From Deltaproteobacteria bacterium (GTDB lineage: Bacteria; Desulfobacterota; RBG-13-43-22), in contig JACRBX010000262.1 in the NCBI GenBank assembly GCA_016219225.1, positions 1 to 27,976 on the forward strand: a DNA stretch of 27,976 nucleotides, in the 5' to 3' direction. This document shows positions 22,395-27,976 of the stretch, one piece after another; position 1 is the first letter of the stretch, and every line of letters starts with the position of its first letter. The notes under the pieces are model-generated. The model had not been told where the DNA came from and ran no database searches. It saw only the letters and a list, made by a program, of their open reading frames with translations. The translations under genes were made by a program, and so were the position numbers.

Positions 22395-23378
22395 TCATGA
22401 TCGGGCCTGGTGCAAAAGGGCCGCTGCCTGCTTGGCAAAATAGGTCAGGATCAGGTCGGCCCCGGCCCTCCGAATGGAGGTCAGGCTCTCCAGGATCACC
22501 TTGTCTTCATCCAGCCAGCCCTGTTGGGAAGCCGCCTTGATCATGGCATATTCGCCGCTTACACTATAAGCAGCCACCGGCAGGTCGAATTCATCCCGCA
22601 CCCGGCAGATCACATCCAGGTAGGGCAAGGCCGGTTTGACCATAATGATATCCGCCCCTTCCTCAACATCCAGATTTACTTCACGAAGGGCTTCCCGAAC
22701 ATTGGCCGGATCCATTTGATAGGTCTTTCGATCTCCAAATTTAGGGGCCGATTCGGCGGCTTCCCGGAAAGGACCATAATAGGCCGAGGCGTATTTGGCC
22801 GAGTAGGCCATAATAGGTATATGCTCAAAGCCGTTTTCATCCAAAGCCTGTCGGATCTCAGCCACCCGGCCGTCCATCATATCGCTTGGAGCGACCATAT
22901 CGGCCCCGGCCTTGGCCTGGGCCAGGGCGGTTCGGGCCAAAAGCTCTAAGGTGGCATCGTTATCGACATCCCGCCCCTGGATTATTCCACAATGTCCATG
23001 GCTCATGTATTCGCATAGACAAACATCGCCGATGACAATCAAATCAGGTACTTTTTCTTTTAAGGCTTTCATGGCCCGCTGGATAATCCCGTTGGGATCA
23101 TAAGCCCCGGAGGCCTTTTCATCTTTTTTGTCGGGGATCCCAAAAAGGATGACCGCCGGTATCTTGAGGGCCCGAACTTCCAGGGCCTCTTTGATGAGTT
23201 CGTCTATGGAAAGTTGAAAAATTCCGGGCATGGAAGAGATCGGTCGCCGGATCCCTTTGCCGAAAACTACGAACATGGGATAGATCAGGTCATTAACCGA
23301 AAGCGAAGTCTCCCGGATCATTCTTCTAAAGGATTCATTTTGGCGCAGTCTCCTTGGCCGATAGTCTGGGAAAAGCAT
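22395..23378 (-). CDS. hemB: Porphobilinogen synthase (delta-aminolevulinate dehydratase), Zn-type
   Basis: [21 protein letters not shown] (the Cys-rich Zn site) and the active-site Lys context are present. AGGAG lies upstream of ATG 23378. Confidence 0.95.
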   Translation of the reverse strand: MLFPDYRPRRLRQNESFRRMIRETSLSVNDLIYPMFVVFGKGIRRPISSMPGIFQLSIDELIKEALEVRALKIPAVILFGIPDKKDEKASGAYDPNGIIQRAMKALKEKVPDLIVIGDVCLCEYMSHGHCGIIQGRDVDNDATLELLARTALAQAKAGADMVAPSDMMDGRVAEIRQALDENGFEHIPIMAYSAKYASAYYGPFREAAESAPKFGDRKTYQMDPANVREALREVNLDVEEGADIIMVKPALPYLDVICRVRDEFDLPVAAYSVSGEYAMIKAASQQGWLDEDKVILESLTSIRRAGADLILTYFAKQAAALLHQARS

Positions 23379-23413
23379 GGGTCACTCCTAATAATTTGGT
23401 TTTTAAGGATATA

Positions 23414-23648
23414 TTAAGCCCTCATGCCCCTTTGGGGCGCCACGAAACATGAACATGCGAATATCGAATATCGAATAATGAATGTCGAAGTAAGGTTGGT
23501 TTTGAACCCGTAACCCGCAACTCGTAACCCGTAACTCTATTTTCGTACTAAGCGCTCATGCCCGGGTCGGGCACTACGAAGAATGAAAATGTCTTTCGCC
23601 GACCCCCGATCCCTGACCCCCGATCCCTGAACGTTATTTTCGTATTAA
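23414..23648. repeat. Composite intergenic element: two copies of a ~44-nt hairpin motif, three heptamer arrays and two 15-nt boxes
   Basis: Hairpin motifs lie at 23414-23457 and 23548-23591. The heptamer arrays are CGAATAT x ~5 (23458-23492), AACCCGT x ~5 (23505-23539) and CCGACCC/CCGATCC x ~5 (23599-23633). The boxes are CTATTTTCGTACTAA (23537-23551) and TTATTTTCGTATTAA (23634-23648). Confidence 0.8.
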
Positions 23649-23659
23649 ATATAATACCC

Positions 23660-24343
23660 TTATAATTTCAGACCTTCGGCGATTTCTTTTAGAGCCGGGA
23701 AACTCCGGATGGTTATTATTTCTTTATTAATATCGATTATATCTTTCTGTTTCATCTTGGTCAGGGTTCGAGAAAGGGTTTCCCCAATGGTTCCCAGGCG
23801 ACTGGCCAGCAAGCTTTTTTTAGTTTTCAGGTGAATCTTCAGACCATCGGTTGGTATGTTGGAAATATTTTGGGCCTCTTCCAGGAGAAAACGGGCCAGC
23901 CGGGCAGAGACTTCTTTTAACGAAAGGTCTTCCACTTGTTGGGCCAGTTGTCTTAATAATAAAGAAAGACCGGTCATCATATTCAGGGCTAATTGGGGGC
24001 TCTCCTGGATCAGAGCCAGGAAATCCGATTTTTTCAGGTAATAGAGCCGACTGTCCTCCAAGCCCTCGGCTGAGGCCGGATAAGTTTTTCCTGAAAAGAC
24101 GGCGGCTTCGGCGATGGTCTCTCCCGGTCCCACGATTCGCATAACATATTCCTGACCTTGAGGAGACATCCGGTATATCTTGATCTTGCCGTGGGCGACC
24201 AGGTAAAACCCATGGGCGCCATCGCCTTGTGAGAAAAGAATTTCCCCTTTTTTAATGGTCTGAAGAACGGTAATTCCTTTGACCTTGTGTATCCCGGCCT
24301 CATCCAGACCGCTAAACAAGGGATTCCTTTTTAACAATTCCAC
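23660..24343 (-). CDS. Crp/Fnr-family transcriptional regulator
   Basis: Has an N-terminal cNMP-binding-type beta-roll (GEILFSQGDGAHGFYLVAHGKIKIY) and a C-terminal HTH (RLGTIGETLSRTLTKMKQKDII). Confidence 0.85.
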   Translation of the reverse strand: MELLKRNPLFSGLDEAGIHKVKGITVLQTIKKGEILFSQGDGAHGFYLVAHGKIKIYRMSPQGQEYVMRIVGPGETIAEAAVFSGKTYPASAEGLEDSRLYYLKKSDFLALIQESPQLALNMMTGLSLLLRQLAQQVEDLSLKEVSARLARFLLEEAQNISNIPTDGLKIHLKTKKSLLASRLGTIGETLSRTLTKMKQKDIIDINKEIITIRSFPALKEIAEGLKL

Positions 24344-24598
24344 TATGCTGCCATCCCGTTCCCCATTTTTTCAGAGCCTATTTTTATAAATAATATAAAT
24401 TTATTTAACTTTAGTCAATGGACTATTAAGATCGGCTGGTCTCCTGGTAGAAAAAATGTTTTTTGCCCCCCCTAAAATACAGTTAAATTTCCGTTAATTT
24501 AAAGTATCCCCATTATTTATTCTCAGGTCATTTTTTTAGATAATGAACCAAAAATGGGAATGATCCCAAAGCGGTCAAATTCTAACGGGAAGGTGAAA

Positions 24599-24877
24599 AT
24601 GGCGCATAATAATAATTTTGCAGAGTATTGGTTGTCGGCAAACAGGCAGGAAACCATTGATTGCCCTTATCAGCCTGGAAATTTAAGGATCTCGAAAAAT
24701 GCTTGTCTAAAACGGTATAAGGCTTCAGAAAAGGCGAAATTGGAAATGATCAACCATGTCGATCTTTTTACTTATACGGTTGGACAGGGGCTTTTGCGAT
24801 GCAAGACGTGTCCAATTGTGAAAGCGTTGCCGGATCGACAACCGGCAGGGATATTAAGCCATAGCACCAGGATGTAG
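24599..24877 (+). CDS. Hypothetical small Cys-containing protein
   Basis: 92 aa from ATG 24599, with GGAAGGTGA upstream. I recognise no family. Confidence 0.4.
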   Translation: MAHNNNFAEYWLSANRQETIDCPYQPGNLRISKNACLKRYKASEKAKLEMINHVDLFTYTVGQGLLRCKTCPIVKALPDRQPAGILSHSTRM

Positions 24878-24897
24878 GTTTCCTGGCGATTGTTTTT

Positions 24898-25356
24898 ATG
24901 AGGCATAACAGGACAGCGATCGGCTTTCCGGCAGGACTGCTGGTGGGCTTTGCGGCGGGTTTTTTAGCCACACTGATTTTCCACCAACTGATGCTGACGG
25001 TGCTGTGGTCCATAGGCCTGGCGCCGTCCGGGCCTTTCTCTATGAAAGCCACCCAACCCTTCGGGGTACCTGCCGTCCTCTCGCTGGCTTTCTGGGGCGG
25101 GATGTGGGGTATTCTATTGGCGCTGATCCAGGGCCGCTTTCCGCAAGACGGTTACTGGATAAGTACTTTTCTGTTTGGCGCCATCCTGCCTTCCCTGGTC
25201 GCCCTTTTGGTGGTGTTGCCGTTGAAGGGCCGACCCATAGGAGGGGGCTGGCCCCCGCCTCTATTGCTGACCGTATTTCTAAACAACGGCGCCTGGGGTA
25301 TCGGCACCGGCCTGATTCTTAAAGCCCTGTCGGGACGTTTCAGGACGTCGCGATGA
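24898..25356 (+). CDS. Hypothetical integral membrane protein (~4 TM helices)
   Basis: Four hydrophobic segments are visible. There is no clear SD and I recognise no family. Confidence 0.5.
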   Translation: MRHNRTAIGFPAGLLVGFAAGFLATLIFHQLMLTVLWSIGLAPSGPFSMKATQPFGVPAVLSLAFWGGMWGILLALIQGRFPQDGYWISTFLFGAILPSLVALLVVLPLKGRPIGGGWPPPLLLTVFLNNGAWGIGTGLILKALSGRFRTSR

Positions 25357-25599
25357 ACTCTTCTGAAATAGCGATACCGGATACTGGATAATTCACATAA
25401 CCACCATATTTCAAATAGCTTCGGTTAGGGCTTTATTCCCACCATTCCACCTATAGAACTCCAATCGTAGTTTCTTTTTTTTTGCCGGGGATCACCTGAG
25501 GCGAATAAAACTTGACCTCCTTCTCTTAATTTTTTATTCTTTTTGTTCTCAATCCAGTTTAATAAAATATCAGCCCGGAAGGATGCCGAGGAAAGGTCA

Positions 25600-26655
25600 A
25601 TGTCTATTACGTCCATTGTGGTATTGTTCGGAGGGGGGATTGTTGTCGGGCTCTTCCTGCCCCTTTTGTCGAGGCTTCTTAACTTTCGATTCATCACCGA
25701 CTTGTCTTTACCGCTCAGGAGTTGGCTGGCCAATCTGTTTTCCGGGATAGGCCGCCTTTTCCGGAAGCGGGGCCAATCACGGGAGGTAATCCCTGATCGG
25801 AAAGGGGTAGCCGCTCCGCGGATGGATCCCCGGGAGCAACAACTCAGTGATTCGGCCCAGGTGATCCGGGCCATTTTGCTCAATTTAGCCGGTCTTATCC
25901 AACGGGCCGACCAGGCCGCCCAAACTTCCTCAACGACCCTGGGAGGGGTTCGGACCACTATTGAAGACATGCGACTTCCCCCGGACCTAAGCGAGGTCCA
26001 TGATCGTCTTCTGATCGAAATCGACCGCATGATTTCCAGTAACACGACCCTTAAAACGGAATTGGCCCGCTCCAAGGATAACCTGGAGGCACAACGTCGG
26101 CAGATCGAGAATTTAAAGACCGCAACCCGTATCGACGGTCTGACCCAACTGGCTAACCGGGCCTATTTCGACGAGAAGCTGGCCGAGTTGATTCTTTTAC
26201 AAAAGCGTTACCAGGATCCGTTCTCGCTGATGATGATTGACGTGGATAACTTTAAACCCATCAACGATACTCATGGCCACCAGGCCGGCGATCGTATCTT
26301 AAAGGGCGTGGCCTTTAAATTGAAGTCCACCATCCGGGAAAGTGATTTCCTGGCCCGCTACGGAGGAGACGAGTTCGCCCTGGTCCTTATCAAGGTATTG
26401 GGACAGGAGGCGGTTGAGTTAGGATGGAAGCTCTGCCGGGTCCTGGAAGAGAGCCGCTTCCTCCTCGATGGAAAGGATTTTACCGTAACTATTTCTGTCG
26501 GGGCTGCCGAAGCCTTAGCGGGTGACACGCCGGAGACCTTGACCAGGCGGGCCGACCAAGCCCTCTATCAGGCCAAGCAGGAAGGACGGAACAGGGCGTC
26601 CCTGGCTCAATCACCGAAGACGGCCGGCAGCCCGGGGAAATCTAAAGCCCATTAA
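25600..26655 (+). CDS. Membrane-anchored diguanylate cyclase (GGDEF domain)
   Basis: Has an N-terminal TM helix, a coiled coil, DVDNFKPINDTHGH, and RYGGDEF preceded by an RESD (RxxD) I-site. GAGGAAAGG lies upstream of ATG 25600. Confidence 0.9.
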   Translation: MSITSIVVLFGGGIVVGLFLPLLSRLLNFRFITDLSLPLRSWLANLFSGIGRLFRKRGQSREVIPDRKGVAAPRMDPREQQLSDSAQVIRAILLNLAGLIQRADQAAQTSSTTLGGVRTTIEDMRLPPDLSEVHDRLLIEIDRMISSNTTLKTELARSKDNLEAQRRQIENLKTATRIDGLTQLANRAYFDEKLAELILLQKRYQDPFSLMMIDVDNFKPINDTHGHQAGDRILKGVAFKLKSTIRESDFLARYGGDEFALVLIKVLGQEAVELGWKLCRVLEESRFLLDGKDFTVTISVGAAEALAGDTPETLTRRADQALYQAKQEGRNRASLAQSPKTAGSPGKSKAH

Positions 26656-26660
26656 GGCGG

Positions 26661-27230
26661 TCAGGGTTGGGCCGTTCGGCGGCCTAATTCAAAGGCTTCC
26701 CCTTTGGCCCCTTCATCCTGGGCGATCTCTCCCTTATTGGTGGCGGAGGCCATAACGGCTCCCATCCAGCTAAGTCCGGTAAAGTCCGCCGTGGTTTTAA
26801 AGCTGTGGATAATAGGGTCGGCCGTGTGTACATTCAAATCGCCGCAGACCGTGATCAAACCGATCCTTTTTCCCTTCATTTTGGAATAGTAAACCTTATG
26901 CCATCTCCATTCCGCATCAAAAAAGACGCACCACCTGTCCAGGTAGGCTTTCATCTGGGCGGTCATGGACCAGAAATAAACCGGTACGCTGTGGATAAGG
27001 GCGTCCGCTTCCAGGATCTTCCGCTGGATCTCCGGCATGTCGTCTTCGATAGCGCAGAGCCCCGTTTCGTTACATTTTTTACAGTCATAGCAGCCGGAAA
27101 TCTTTTTCAGATTGAGGAAGATTTTTTCAACCTCCGCCCCGGCCTCCTGGGCACCTGCCAGGGCCTGGTCCAAGAGTATATCGCTGTTGCCCCCGATTCG
27201 GGGGCTCCCCATAATGCCCAATACCTTCAT
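26661..27230 (-). CDS. Iron-sulfur flavoprotein / NADPH-dependent FMN reductase family
   Basis: MKVLGIMGSPRIGGNS is the flavodoxin-like start. The compact motif CYDCKKCNETGLC (C-x2-C-x2-C-x5-C) is typical of Isf proteins. Confidence 0.8.
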   Translation of the reverse strand: MKVLGIMGSPRIGGNSDILLDQALAGAQEAGAEVEKIFLNLKKISGCYDCKKCNETGLCAIEDDMPEIQRKILEADALIHSVPVYFWSMTAQMKAYLDRWCVFFDAEWRWHKVYYSKMKGKRIGLITVCGDLNVHTADPIIHSFKTTADFTGLSWMGAVMASATNKGEIAQDEGAKGEAFELGRRTAQP

Positions 27231-27338
27231 CTTTGTCCTCCTGATTTTTGATTAAATTTAATGGTATAGGAATTTAAGTTAGGAATAGTATCAAAAAGCA
27301 ATCGGAAAGGGAAGGAACAATTGCCTGAATCAGGGAAT

Positions 27339-27367
27339 GCCCCGGGCCGCCCGGGGGGATTTTTTTA
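27339..27367 (+). terminator. Orphan intrinsic terminator on the plus strand
   Basis: A GC-only palindrome CCCCGGGC-c-GCCCGGGG is followed by GGA and T7. No plus-strand gene lies upstream of it. Confidence 0.5.
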
Positions 27368-27527
27368 TTTACCTTTCCCCTTTGCAATTATTTAAGAATA
27401 TAATATATTATTTAGATGGGCCCTTCGGTTTTGGCCTTTTTGTCCCCCTTTCCTTTCCTGGGCTTGTTTTATGGTTTTCTTAAATAAACCAAAGTTGATG
27501 TCAACCTTTAAGCCATTTATTCCAACC

Positions 27528-27579
27528 ATCCCTATAAAATTTAGTTGACTTTTTTATTTTTATTTTATTTTATAGGGAT
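27528..27579. promoter_or_regulatory. 13-bp perfect inverted repeat bracketing a TTGACT hexamer
   Basis: ATCCCTATAAAAT (27528-27540) and ATTTTATAGGGAT (27567-27579) are separated by a 26-nt AT-rich spacer that contains TTGACT. The element lies about 210 nt upstream of the AbfD-like ATG. Confidence 0.4.
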
Positions 27580-27790
27580 AAACATCTATCCAATCAAGGT
27601 TTTTATTGCATCAGCTAATCCGCAAATATTGAAAAACGAATAGGGATGATTAATATAACCTTACTAAAAAACAGAAAATGCCCCTATGGAAAGGAGATGA
27701 AAGAAAGGAGCAGCAAAATAGGGACCATTAAAACAACTTTTGAGGGCTATTGTCAGTGAGGCAAAAAAACATACTTAATTTGGAGGAAAA

Positions 27791-27976
27791 ATGAGGACAA
27801 AAGAGCAATATATCCAAGGCCTTTCCGGGATGAAACGGAATCTTTATTTTGACGGCCAGTTGATCGACCGCACGGACGAAGTGCAGATGGACTGTCTCAA
27901 TACCATCGGCACCACCTATGATGAGGCGGCCAAACCGGAGAATCAGGAGCTGTGTACGGCCATCTCCCATCTGACC
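27791..27976 (+). CDS. 4-hydroxybutyryl-CoA dehydratase / 4-hydroxyphenylacetate 3-hydroxylase family protein, 5' partial
   Basis: GGAGG lies 4 nt upstream of ATG 27791. MRTKEQYIQGLSGMKRNLYFDGQLIDRTDE resembles AbfD/HpaB-family N-termini. The gene runs off the window end, and the listed antisense ORF 27728-27970 is its shadow. Confidence 0.7.
   Translation, partial: MRTKEQYIQGLSGMKRNLYFDGQLIDRTDEVQMDCLNTIGTTYDEAAKPENQELCTAISHLT

Overview
The window splits into two halves. The left ~14 kb (85-14250) is an accessory or conflict island. The right ~14 kb is ordinary core genome.

Left half, all on the minus strand up to ~12.6 kb:
- Module A: a Sel1-repeat protein with a MuF-like C-terminal Cys/His module (2163-2984), followed by a TIR-NB-ARC-TPR NLR-like protein (85-2070).
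- Module B: an apparent three-gene operon. It encodes a 1001-aa TIR-NB-ARC-WD40 protein (6328-9333), a PfkB-like/AAA+/2xRyR fusion protein (3576-6203/6335) and a 95-aa stand-alone RyR-domain protein (3257-3544). I consider module B the best candidate for an undescribed defence or conflict system. I know of no named system that pairs a TIR-NLR with RyR-domain or PfkB-like/AAA+ partners.
- A toxin-antitoxin-rich stretch (9.6-12.6 kb) that includes a ParE-type toxin remnant fused in frame to a lipoprotein gene.
- A PF01637-type ATPase on the plus strand with a clear promoter and a 23-bp palindromic operator.
- A three-copy dispersed repeat that punctuates these modules.

Right half: a DUF3842/CooT pair, an MBL hydrolase, a YgiM-like SH3 protein, groES-groEL with CIRCE and a terminator, a dGTPase-like HD protein, a LysM protein, an alternative-haem (ahb-type) cluster with hemB, a Crp/Fnr regulator, a GGDEF cyclase, an iron-sulfur flavoprotein and the 5' end of an AbfD-like gene. 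The ahb genes and GroEL suggest an anaerobic, sulfate-reducer-like (Desulfobacterota-like) bacterium. That placement is inference only.

Non-coding structure: many intergenic spacers carry STRR-like heptanucleotide tandem arrays arranged as inverted pairs, together with a conserved hairpin motif and a conserved 15-nt box. No tRNA, rRNA, CRISPR array, integrase or transposase was recognised. All motif calls come from reading the sequence and from memory of family signatures. No searches were run.
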